From Betaproteobacteria bacterium (GTDB lineage: Bacteria; Pseudomonadota; Gammaproteobacteria; Burkholderiales; SG8-39), in contig JBBINV010000011.1 in assembly GCA_037443705.1 (NCBI GenBank), positions 3,667 to 67,666 of the forward strand: a DNA stretch of 64,000 nucleotides, given 5' to 3'. The notes under the pieces were generated by a model, which saw only the letters and a list, made by a program, of their open reading frames with translations, was not told where the DNA came from and made no database searches. The position numbers and the translations under genes are program-made. Below, piece after piece: positions 25,032 through 33,866 of the stretch. Position 1 is the first letter of the stretch; every line of letters starts with the position of its first letter.

Positions 25032-26212
25032 TCGGGCCGGCCCTGCGGCTTCGGGCGCCGGCCCACGGTCACTGCGAGCTCGAGATCCTCGCCCTTGCGC
25101 TTTACTTTGAGTTTCACGCTCGCGCCCGGGGCGAGCGCCGCGACCGCATTCAGCACGCCCTGGGGGTCGGCGACCGGCTTGCCCGCGATCTGGAGCAGCA
25201 CGTCGCCCGGCTTCACGCCCGCCCGGTCGGCCGGGCCGTTCCTGAGCACGCCGTTGATGACCGCGCCGCCCGCGCCGCCGAGCTTGAACGATTCGGCGAT
25301 CGCGGGCGTGACCTCCTGGAGCTCCACGCCGATCCAGCCGCGCGTCACGCTCCCGGTTTTCACGATCTGCTCGAGCACCATGGTCGCGGTCGATACCGGA
25401 ATCGCGAACCCGATGCCCAGCGACGCTCCGCCCGGGGTACGCGAGTAGATCGCCGTGTTGATCCCTACGAGATTGCCGCGCGAATCGACCAGGGCGCCGC
25501 CGGAGTTGCCCGGGTTGATCGCGGCGTCGGTCTGGATGAAGTTCTCGAACACGTTGATCCCGAGCCCCGAGCGTCCGAGCGCCGAGACGATACCGGAGGT
25601 CACCGTCTGGCCGACCCCGAAGGGGTTGCCGATCGCGAGCACCACGTCGCCCACGCGCAGTGCCTCGGACGAGCCGAACGGGATCGCCGGAAGTGCCTCG
25701 GCGTTCACGCGCAGCACCGCCAGGTCGGTCTCCGGATCGCTGCCCACGAGCCTCGCCTGCAGCTTCTGCCCGTCGGCGAGCGCGACCTCGATCTCGTCGG
25801 CGCTCTCCACGACGTGATGATTCGTGAGGATATAGCCCGCGGCGCTCGCGATCACGCCCGAACCGAGGCTTGTGGCGCGCTGGGTTTCGTCTCCGGCGAA
25901 CGGATCGCCGAAGAAGCGCCGGAGCAGCGGATCGCTCGGCAGCGGATTGCGCGGCAGCTTCACCTCCTTGGAGGTGAAGATGTTGACCACCGATGGCGTC
26001 GCGAGCTTTACTGCCTCGTGATACGAATCCGCGGGCGCCGTCGCGGCCGGCGGCGGCACCGCCACCTGCTGCAGTACCGGAACGCCGGGCGCGATGCGGT
26101 TCTCGGCCGGCCCGCGCGCGGGCAGCCACTCGGGGCGGAACGTCGCGACCACGAACAGCGCTGCTACGCAGACCGTGACCGCCTGGGAGAAGACGAGCCA
26201 GAGACGTTGCAT
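25028..26212 (-). CDS. DegQ/DegS-like (HtrA) serine protease with one PDZ domain
   Basis: N-terminal anchor; GSGVI; TNHHV (His); DLAVL (Asp); TDAAINPGNSGG (Ser); C-terminal PDZ. Confidence 0.92.
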
Positions 26213-26277
26213 GGTGTCGTCGAATTTACCACAGCTCTGAAAATTACAGTGTAATCAATCATTTACGCGCATATTCG

Positions 26278-26306
26278 TGGACTTTCCGCGGGCGCGCCGG
26301 TAGAAT
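26278..26306 (+). promoter_or_regulatory. Sigma-70 promoter candidate for petABC
   Basis: TGGACT-17 bp-TAGAAT, 41 nt upstream of petA ATG. Confidence 0.55.
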
Positions 26307-26347
26307 GGCGCGCTTTTGAATCCACACGCTTCGATATTTCACTTTCC

Positions 26348-26941
26348 ATGAGCGAATCCGAAAAAACCGACCACGCGCGGCGCAATCTCATCGTGGCCAC
26401 TTCCGCGGTCGGCCTCGCGGCGGGCGCCGGCGCCGCGGTGCCGTTCGTCGTGAGCATGTGGCCATCGGAGCGCGCCAAGGCGGCCGGCGCGCCGGTCGAA
26501 GTCGACATCTCCGGGATGGCGCCGGGCGAGCTGCGTATCGTCGAGTGGCGCGGCAAGCCCGTGTGGCTCGTGCGGCGCACGAAGGAGATGATCGAGTCGC
26601 TCAAGGCGGTTGCGGGCCGGCTGAGCGATCCCGCGTCGAAAGCCTCCGAGCAGCCGGACTATGCGAAGAACGACGCGCGCGCGCTCAAGCCGGAGTTCAT
26701 GGTGATGGAGGGCGTGTGCACGCACCTCGGCTGCTCGCCGCAGCTGAAGACGGGCGACGCGAAGGCCGAGATGGGCGCCGACTGGGTGGGCGGCTTCTAC
26801 TGCCCGTGCCACGGCTCGAAGTTCGACTTCGCGGGGCGCGTCTTCAAGGGCTCGCCCGCGCCGACCAACCTGCCGGTGCCGCCCTATACGTACCTCTCCG
26901 ACACCCGGATCCTCATCGGCGAAGACAAGAAGGGAGCGTAG
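26348..26941 (+). CDS. petA: Cytochrome bc1 Rieske Fe-S subunit
   Basis: Tat motif RRNL; CTHLGC and CPCHGS Rieske boxes. Confidence 0.97.
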   Translation: MSESEKTDHARRNLIVATSAVGLAAGAGAAVPFVVSMWPSERAKAAGAPVEVDISGMAPGELRIVEWRGKPVWLVRRTKEMIESLKAVAGRLSDPASKASEQPDYAKNDARALKPEFMVMEGVCTHLGCSPQLKTGDAKAEMGADWVGGFYCPCHGSKFDFAGRVFKGSPAPTNLPVPPYTYLSDTRILIGEDKKGA

Positions 26942-26944
26942 GCG

Positions 26945-28228
26945 ATGGCCGGCCGGCTGATGGCGCTGTGGGACTGGTTCGACGCGAGGATGCCCTCGCT
27001 TGCGGAGGAATACCGCAAGCACATGTCGGAGTACTACGCGCCGAAGAACTTCAACTTCTGGTACTACTTCGGCTCGCTCGCGCTGCTGGTGCTCGTGATC
27101 CAGATCGTCACCGGGATCTTCCTCACGATGCACTACAAGCCGGACGCCAGCCTCGCGTTCGGCTCGGTCGAGTACATCATGCGCGACGTCTGGGGCGGCT
27201 GGATCATCCGCTACATCCACTCGACCGGCGCCTCGGCGTTCTTCCTGGTCGTATACCTGCACATGTTCCGCGGCATGCTCTACGGCTCGTACCGCGAGCC
27301 GCGGGAGCTCGTTTGGATCTTCGGCGTGCTGATCTACCTCTGTCTCATGGGCGAGGCGTTCTTCGGCTATCTCCTTCCCTGGGGCCAGATGTCCTACTGG
27401 GGCGCGCAGGTGATCGTGAACCTGTTCGGCTCGGTGCCGTTCATCGGGCCGGACCTCGCGATCTGGATCCGCGGCGACTACGTCGTATCGGACGCGACGC
27501 TGAACCGCTTTTTCGCCTTCCACGTGATCGCGGTGCCGCTCGCACTGCTCGGGCTGGTGGTGGTGCACCTGCTCGCGCTCCACGACGTGGGCTCGAACAA
27601 TCCCGACGGCGTGGAGATCAAGAAGAAGAAGGGGCCCGACGGCAGGCCCCTCGACGGGATCCCGTTCCATCCCTATTACACGGTCAAGGACATCGTGGGC
27701 GTGATCGTGTTTCTCATGATCTTCAGCGCGGTGATGTTCTTCGCGCCGGAGATGGGCGGGTACTTCCTCGAGTACAACAACTTCATCCCGGCCGACCCGC
27801 TCAAGACCCCGCCGCACATCGCGCCGGTGTGGTACTTCACGCCCTACTACTCGATCCTGCGCGCGGTGCCGCCGCTGTTCAACTCGCAGTTCCCCGGCGT
27901 GCTCGCGATGGGGGTGGCGGTGCTGGTGTTTTTCTTCCTGCCGTGGCTCGACCGCAGCCCGGTCAAGTCGATCCGCTACCGCGGCGCGCTCTACAAGAGC
28001 GCGCTCGCGATCTTCGTGGTGGTGTTCCTGATCCTCGGCTACCTCGGCACCGAGCCGACCACGGTCTGGGGGCAGTTCGGCTTCGAGGCCTTTTTCCTCG
28101 ATACGCGCGACATCGCGACCTGGGTGGCGCGGCTGTGCACGGTCGTGTATTTCCTCTTCTTCATCCTGATGCCCTGGTACACCGCGATCGACAAGGTGAA
28201 GCCGGTTCCCGAGCGGGTGACGTCATGA
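26945..28228 (+). CDS. petB: Cytochrome b
   Basis: RYIHSTGAS..F, LHMFRG, PWGQMSYWG, FFAFHVI, Qo motif variant PVWY. Confidence 0.97.
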   Translation: MAGRLMALWDWFDARMPSLAEEYRKHMSEYYAPKNFNFWYYFGSLALLVLVIQIVTGIFLTMHYKPDASLAFGSVEYIMRDVWGGWIIRYIHSTGASAFFLVVYLHMFRGMLYGSYREPRELVWIFGVLIYLCLMGEAFFGYLLPWGQMSYWGAQVIVNLFGSVPFIGPDLAIWIRGDYVVSDATLNRFFAFHVIAVPLALLGLVVVHLLALHDVGSNNPDGVEIKKKKGPDGRPLDGIPFHPYYTVKDIVGVIVFLMIFSAVMFFAPEMGGYFLEYNNFIPADPLKTPPHIAPVWYFTPYYSILRAVPPLFNSQFPGVLAMGVAVLVFFFLPWLDRSPVKSIRYRGALYKSALAIFVVVFLILGYLGTEPTTVWGQFGFEAFFLDTRDIATWVARLCTVVYFLFFILMPWYTAIDKVKPVPERVTS

Positions 28229-28953
28229 GAAAGGCCGTATTCATGCTGTTGCTTGCGCCTCTGGCGGCGCTCGCTGCGCAGACCGGCTACCGGCTCGACC
28301 GCTCGCCGCACGATCCCAACGACCTCGTGAGCCTGCAGGCGGGCGCGCGCACGTTCGTCAACTACTGCCTCAACTGCCATGGCGCGCAGTTCATGCGCTA
28401 CAACCGCCTCATGGAGCTGGGGCTCTCCGAGGCGCAGATCAAGGACAACCTGCTGTTTCCCGGCGAGAAGGTCGGCGAGACGATGAAGGTGGCGCTCGAT
28501 CCGAGGGATGGCAAGGCCTGGTTCGGCGTCGCGCCGCCGGACCTCTCGGTGATCGCGCGCTCGCGCGGCACCGACTGGCTCTACACCTACCTTCGCACCT
28601 TCTACCGCGACCCGAAATCGGCGACCGGCTGGAACAACGCCGTGTTCCCCAACGTGGCGATGCCGCACGCGCTCTGGAGGCTGCAGGGCGAGCGCGCGCT
28701 CGAAGTGGCCTCGCACGCGGATTCCTCGGGCCACGTGGCGCTCGAGTACAAGTGGACGCAACTTTCGCCCGGCGCGCAGTCCGCGGTCGAGTACGACGCG
28801 ACCGTCAGGGATCTGGTCAATTTCCTCGCCTACATGGGCGAGCCGGCGGCGCAGTCGCGCAAGCGCATCGGCGTGGTGGTGCTCTTCGTGCTCGGCATCC
28901 TGCTCGTGCTCGGCTACGCGCTCAAGAAGGAATATTGGAAAGACGTGCATTGA
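28225..28953 (+). CDS. petC: Cytochrome c1
   Basis: ATG 28225; heme motif CLNCH; PPDLS; MPHAL; C-terminal TM helix and KEYWKDVH. Confidence 0.96.
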   Translation: MRKAVFMLLLAPLAALAAQTGYRLDRSPHDPNDLVSLQAGARTFVNYCLNCHGAQFMRYNRLMELGLSEAQIKDNLLFPGEKVGETMKVALDPRDGKAWFGVAPPDLSVIARSRGTDWLYTYLRTFYRDPKSATGWNNAVFPNVAMPHALWRLQGERALEVASHADSSGHVALEYKWTQLSPGAQSAVEYDATVRDLVNFLAYMGEPAAQSRKRIGVVVLFVLGILLVLGYALKKEYWKDVH

Positions 28954-28975
28954 CCCCCGGCGCGTCGACATCGCG

Positions 28976-29006
28976 GGCCGGGCGGGAGAGCCGCCCGGCC
29001 TTTTTT
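28976..29006 (+). terminator. Intrinsic terminator after petC
   Basis: GGCCGGGCGG-GAGAG-CCGCCCGGCC-TTTTTT. Confidence 0.85.
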
Positions 29007-29022
29007 CTCTAGGGTTTGCGCC

Positions 29023-29622
29023 ATGATGCAACTTTATTCGGGCACCACCTGCCCCTTCAGCCACCGCTGCCGCTTCGTGCTGTACGAGAAGGGCATGGAC
29101 TTCCAGGTGATCGATGTCGACATGTACAACAAGCCGGAGGACCTCGCGGTGATGAACCCGTACAACCGGCTGCCGGTGCTGGTCGAGCGGGACCTCGTGC
29201 TTTACGAGTCGAACATCATCAACGAGTACATCGACGAGCGCTTCCCTCATCCTCAGCTGATGCCCGCCGACCCGGTGATGCGCGCGCGCGCGCGCCTGAT
29301 GCTGTTCAACCTGGAGGTCGAGCTCTTCAGCCAGATCGAGTCGCTCGAGTCGGGCAAGGAGAAGCCGGTAGAGCGCGCGCGCCAGCACGTCACCGAGCGC
29401 CTCACCGAGCTCGCGCCGGTCTTCACCAAGACCAAGCACATGCTCGGGGACGACTTCACCATGCTGGATGTCGCGATCGCGCCGCTCCTGTGGCGTCTGG
29501 ACCATTACGGCATCCGGCTCGGCAAGCCCGCCGCGCCGCTCATGAAATACGCCGAGCGCATCTTCTCGCGCCCCGCGTTCATCGAGGCGCTCACGCCTTC
29601 CGAGAAGGTGATGCGAAAATAG
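29023..29622 (+). CDS. sspA: Stringent starvation protein A (GST fold)
   Basis: LYSG..CPFSHR.R, NPYN..P.LV.RDL.LYES.II.EY.DERFPHP.LMP. Confidence 0.93.
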   Translation: MMQLYSGTTCPFSHRCRFVLYEKGMDFQVIDVDMYNKPEDLAVMNPYNRLPVLVERDLVLYESNIINEYIDERFPHPQLMPADPVMRARARLMLFNLEVELFSQIESLESGKEKPVERARQHVTERLTELAPVFTKTKHMLGDDFTMLDVAIAPLLWRLDHYGIRLGKPAAPLMKYAERIFSRPAFIEALTPSEKVMRK

Positions 29623-29627
29623 CGCGC

Positions 29628-30074
29628 ATGCAGGAGATCCCGACCAAGCCCTACATCCTGCGCGCGCTCTACGAGTGGTGCGTGGACAACGGCTACACCC
29701 CGCACCTCGCGGTCAGGGTCGACTCGCGTGCCCAGGTCCCGCCCGAGTACGTGAAGAACGGCGAGATCACGCTCAACATCGCGCCCACGGCGGTGCACAA
29801 GCTGCAGATGGGGAATGAACTGATCGAGTTCTCGGCGCGCTTCGGCGGCGTTGCGCGCCAGATCTCGGTGCCGGTGGCGGGCGTGTACGCGCTCTACGCG
29901 CGCGAGACCGGCCACGGCATGACCTTCGACATCGAGGCGGCCAAGCCCGCGGCGCAGGCCGAAGCCGAGGCCGAGCCCGCGACCTCCAACGACGCCGCCA
30001 CCGCGGCGCTTCCCGCGCCGACCGAGCCCACAAAGCCGACAGGTGGCAAGCCTCAACTGAGACGCGTGAAATAG
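29628..30074 (+). CDS. sspB: ClpXP adaptor SspB
   Basis: ATG 29628; KPY.LRALYEWC.DN..TP; FSARFGG; C-terminal LRRVK. Confidence 0.93.
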   Translation: MQEIPTKPYILRALYEWCVDNGYTPHLAVRVDSRAQVPPEYVKNGEITLNIAPTAVHKLQMGNELIEFSARFGGVARQISVPVAGVYALYARETGHGMTFDIEAAKPAAQAEAEAEPATSNDAATAALPAPTEPTKPTGGKPQLRRVK

Positions 30075-30080
30075 CACGCA

Positions 30081-30104
30081 GTCGTGCCCGCGCAGGCGGG
30101 GACC
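30081..30104. repeat. REP-like short hairpin
   Basis: GTCGTGCCCGC-GCAG-GCGGGGACC, nearly the same as the copy at 6231. Confidence 0.6.
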
Positions 30105-30129
30105 GATGCCTTCTCTATAATTCTCGCGG

Positions 30130-30205
30130 GCCGGCTTAGCTCAGTCGGTAGAGCAGCGGTTTTGTAAACCGTTGGTCGGCGGTTCGAATCCGTCAGCCGG
30201 CACCA
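30130..30205 (+). tRNA. tRNA-Thr (anticodon TGT)
   Basis: 76-nt cloverleaf GCCGGCT...AGCCGGC-ACCA; D arm GCTC/GAGC; anticodon loop TTTGTAA; T loop TTCGAAT; TATAAT at 30116-30121. Confidence 0.97.
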
Positions 30206-30228
30206 GGCCGCGGGGCGCTCGCCGTTCG

Positions 30229-30957
30229 CTAAGGGGTGAAATCGAACGTGGTCTCGATCGGAACGGGCGAGCCCGGCAGCCGGATCTCGAGCGCGACCGT
30301 GTACTTGTCCCGGGTCCGGACCCGGAAGTAGTTGCCGTAGCTCAGCCTTCCGTTGAACGCCATCGGCTCGAGCTTCTTGGTCTCGCCGCGGAGCGGCGTC
30401 CCGACCCGCGCGCGCACCTTCGCGTCCTTGATCTCGGCCTTGCTCGCCTCGTCGTGCAAAGTCACGTTGACGTGGTAGAAGCCCTTGCCCTTGGGAATGC
30501 CGCCGTGCATCGTGCTCTCGGGGTCGGTCGATGCGTGCTGCGCGCGCAGCGCGTCGGCCGAGGCGATCCCGAGAAGGATCTCGGTGCCGTGAATGATCCT
30601 GCGATGGGCGTCGGGTACCGGTGCGCGCGCCGGCGCACCGTTCGTCGCCACGCCGCCCGCGTTGAACATGTAGACGATCGCCGCGCGGATTTCCGGGTCG
30701 GTGAGCGACGCCATGCCGCCGCGCGCCGGCATGTTGCCGTGCCCGTTGATGGCGGAGGCGACCGCGGCGTCCAGCCCGCGGCTGAAGCGCGGCGTCCAGG
30801 CCGCACGGTCTCCGATCAGGGGCGCGCCGCTCGCGCTGCTGCCGTGGCAGTTGATGCAGACCGCATCGACGATGTCCTTTCCGCTGCGGCCGCTCGTTTG
30901 CGCCGGCGCCTGCTGCGAAAGCAGGAGCGCAGCCGCGATGAGGGATAGTCTCAGCAT
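30229..30957 (-). CDS. Periplasmic cytochrome c5-like domain fused to a P19/Tp34-like metal-binding beta domain
   Basis: SD GGAG, ATG 30957; signal peptide; CINCH; GAP..GD...W..R; MPARGG; C-terminal domain with MHGG, YHVNV, LEPM....SYGNYF. Confidence 0.75.
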   Translation of the reverse strand: MLRLSLIAAALLLSQQAPAQTSGRSGKDIVDAVCINCHGSSASGAPLIGDRAAWTPRFSRGLDAAVASAINGHGNMPARGGMASLTDPEIRAAIVYMFNAGGVATNGAPARAPVPDAHRRIIHGTEILLGIASADALRAQHASTDPESTMHGGIPKGKGFYHVNVTLHDEASKAEIKDAKVRARVGTPLRGETKKLEPMAFNGRLSYGNYFRVRTRDKYTVALEIRLPGSPVPIETTFDFTP

Positions 30958-31081
30958 TGCGATCTCCGGCGTCCGCGCGCGCGGACGATCTCGCATGAGA
31001 CGCAGTTAGAACCGCCTGGAATTTCCCGTCTTGACCGCAGTCAAGCGGCGCCCGTTTTGTGCGCCGCGCCGGGAACGGTTC

Positions 31082-31936
31082 TCATTGGACTGGCGTCGCC
31101 GCCTCGGACTGCGCGATCTCGAGAAGCTCGCCGAGCCCCCCGCGATCGACGCCGAGCTGGCGCATCGCGAGCGAGGTGTGCGCGTCGGGCGGCTCGATCT
31201 CGCACCGGCCGGCGGCGGCCCCGCGCAGGTGCTCGGCGAGCACGGCTGCCGCGATGAGGTTCCGGCTGGCGGGAGTGGCCGCCGAGATCGTGCCGCGCAG
31301 CGCATCGGGGTTCTCGTGGTGGCGGATCGCGAGGCACACGTCCTCGGGCAGCAGCCAGCTTTTCGCGAGCAGGTACCCGATTCGGCCGTGGTGCGTGCCG
31401 AAGCGCCCGGTTTCCGCTTCGATGTCGGCGGTGCCGAGCATCACGTCCTCGTATCTTGCGCCGTAGCGCGCGAGCATCGGCGGCATGCCGCAATCGCGAA
31501 ACAGGCCGAACGTGTGCGTGACGTCGCGATCCGAGGTGCGCAGCGCTGCCGCGGCAAGCGCAGACAGCGCGGCGATACGCCCCGAGCGCTCCCAGAATCG
31601 CTCCATCCCGGCGTGGCCCGCCGCCGGGAAGGCCTGGCGCAGCAGCAGCCCCATCACGAGCTGCGTGGTGGCGAGGAGCCCGAGGATCGCGAGCGCCTCC
31701 CGCACCGATGCCGCGGGTCGGCGAAGCCCGTAGAACGGGGAGTTCACCGTCTTCAGAACGGTTGCGGCGAGCCCCGCGTCCTCCGAGACAAGGCGCGCCA
31801 CCCTGTTCAGGTCGGGATCGTCGGCGCGCGTCTCGCGGATGAGCGCGGTCGGCACCGCGGGGCACGGCGGGATTCGGACTTCGTTGGCGAAGCGCGCGGC
31901 AATGCGGTCCAGCGCGTCCGGCTCGGCAAGCGGCAT
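31082..31936 (-). CDS. Stand-alone HDOD-domain signalling protein
   Basis: IPPCP, D.GLAA.VLK.VNSPFYGL, FWERS, GLFRDCG, HG.IG..LA..W.LP. Confidence 0.85.
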   Translation of the reverse strand: MPLAEPDALDRIAARFANEVRIPPCPAVPTALIRETRADDPDLNRVARLVSEDAGLAATVLKTVNSPFYGLRRPAASVREALAILGLLATTQLVMGLLLRQAFPAAGHAGMERFWERSGRIAALSALAAAALRTSDRDVTHTFGLFRDCGMPPMLARYGARYEDVMLGTADIEAETGRFGTHHGRIGYLLAKSWLLPEDVCLAIRHHENPDALRGTISAATPASRNLIAAAVLAEHLRGAAAGRCEIEPPDAHTSLAMRQLGVDRGGLGELLEIAQSEAATPVQ

Positions 31937-31955
31937 GGGGGCTCCTCGCCCCGTC

Positions 31956-33866
31956 CTATCGGCGCGCCGCGGAAAGGCTTGAGGCGAGAAGCGCGCACAA
32001 TTCCTTCAGCCGCGCGCGCGCCGCGGCGTCCAGGCCCAGCGGGTCGAACCGGTAGCGCCGGTGCAGCCGAAGCGCCTCGTCGAACGCAGGGCCGAGCTCC
32101 GCAGGCAAGCGCGGCCGCGCGTTCGCGACCTGGAAGAACTCCGAGTCGGCGCCCGGCCAGACGCGCGGCGGCTCCTGCGCGCGCCCGGCCTCGCGCGCGA
32201 CGCGGCGTCCGCGCAGCAGCCGCCAGCCGAGGACCGCCACGAGCAGCGCAAGCGCGACGTACCAGCCGTCGCTCGCCTGGAGCTCGCCGCGCTGCGACCA
32301 GCGGAACGCCGCCCAGCGTCCGAGATCGGCGAGCTTCTGCCAGAACGGCGCGAGGCTTGCCTCTTCCTCCTGGAACCAGGAGGGCGGCGTGGTGTCGACC
32401 TCGGCCCAGCGGCTTCCGTCCCAGGCGCGCGCCCAGGCGTGGGCGTGGCGCGCGCGAACCACGTAGGCATCCTCGAGGGCGCTGTACTCCACCACCGCGA
32501 AGCCGGTCGCGTAGCGCGCAGGGATTCCCGCGGCGCGCAGCAGCAGGGTCGTCGCGGCCGCGAAATACTCGCAGTGTCCCGTGCGCGTGTTGCGCATGAA
32601 GTCGGCGAGCGGAGTCACGCCCGCGGCGGCCGGCCGCTCGCGCCAGAGCGAGTACGTAAACCCGGCGAAATGCTCGCGCACGCGGCGCAACGCTTGTTCC
32701 GCCGGCAGGCCGCGCAGCCCGAGCTCCCCGGCCACGGCATCGAATGTGGCGCGCTCGGAAGCCGGGACGGCGAGGTCCTCGGGGGCGGGACCTTCGGCGA
32801 GCTCGGCTGCGGGCGCGAGCTCCGCCTCGTACTGGATCCAGTCGCCCGGAATCTCGGCATGCACGGCGCCGAGCGAGTTGCGGCGAAGCGTGCGCGCGCC
32901 GAGCCCGGTGACGCGCGTGCTCTGCGCCGGAAGCGAGAGGAGGATCCGCCCGCGCTCGATGCGCGCCGCGATGCGCGCGGAGGCATCCGAGGGCACCGCG
33001 CCGAGCGTCCAGGAAAGACCCCCCGGATCGGGTGCGACCGGCTGCATCGGCGCGCCGCGCGCGAGCCACGTCCCGGCGACGTAGGTGTTGTAGCTCGCGC
33101 GATGCAGCAGCCGCAGCCGCGGACCTTCGGCGGGCCGCGCGTAGATGCGGAGCACGATCGCATCGAGCAGCTTCGCCCGCCCGATCGCGCCGATTTCGGT
33201 GGTCGCCCGGTACGGATCACCCGCCAGGCCGCGCAGAAACCAGTCGGCGAGCCAGGCTTCCGCCTGGTCGCGCAGCTGGACGAGGCCGATGTGGCCCGCG
33301 TACCCTCCCGCGAGCCCGGCCGCGAGCATCAGCGTCCAGAGCGCCGGATGCGCGCGCCGCGGGCGCACGGCGAAAAGGCCCCAGGCAACCGCAACCGCCA
33401 CGCCGCCGAAGTAGGCCGGGCCCTGCGCGTTCGCGATGCCCGCGGCGATCAGGACGAGCGCCACGTACACCGGGCTCGTGTCGACGAGGGGATCGCGAAT
33501 CGCGGGGTCGCGGCGCTTCATCTTGCGCAGATAGCGGAACAGCGCCGAAAGCGGGATGCGGCGCGCCTGCGACACCATCTGCGCGAGCAGAATCGGCGCG
33601 AGCGCCACGGGCAGCCACTGGAATGCGCCCAGGATCCCCTGAGCGATCCCGCGGTTCACCGCGAGCACCGCGGCGAGCCCGGTGAACAGGATCGTGCACA
33701 GGTCCGCGATGCGCGAGTGCTCCGCGGCGCCGAGGTCGAAGCGCAGGCGCGTGCGCCGCGCTGCCTCCACCGCGACCGCGAGGGCCGCCGCCGGGAGCCA
33801 GTTGCCGGTCTGCCAGCCCCAGAAAAGAAGCGCTGCGCCGGCGAGATAGGGCGGCACCGAGATCAT
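31956..33866 (-). CDS. Membrane-anchored transglutaminase-like protein (TgpA-like)
   Basis: ATG 33866; multi-TM N-terminus; catalytic triad motifs GHCEYFA, HAW, VDTTP. Confidence 0.88.
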   Translation of the reverse strand: MISVPPYLAGAALLFWGWQTGNWLPAAALAVAVEAARRTRLRFDLGAAEHSRIADLCTILFTGLAAVLAVNRGIAQGILGAFQWLPVALAPILLAQMVSQARRIPLSALFRYLRKMKRRDPAIRDPLVDTSPVYVALVLIAAGIANAQGPAYFGGVAVAVAWGLFAVRPRRAHPALWTLMLAAGLAGGYAGHIGLVQLRDQAEAWLADWFLRGLAGDPYRATTEIGAIGRAKLLDAIVLRIYARPAEGPRLRLLHRASYNTYVAGTWLARGAPMQPVAPDPGGLSWTLGAVPSDASARIAARIERGRILLSLPAQSTRVTGLGARTLRRNSLGAVHAEIPGDWIQYEAELAPAAELAEGPAPEDLAVPASERATFDAVAGELGLRGLPAEQALRRVREHFAGFTYSLWRERPAAAGVTPLADFMRNTRTGHCEYFAAATTLLLRAAGIPARYATGFAVVEYSALEDAYVVRARHAHAWARAWDGSRWAEVDTTPPSWFQEEEASLAPFWQKLADLGRWAAFRWSQRGELQASDGWYVALALLVAVLGWRLLRGRRVAREAGRAQEPPRVWPGADSEFFQVANARPRLPAELGPAFDEALRLHRRYRFDPLGLDAAARARLKELCALLASSLSAARR

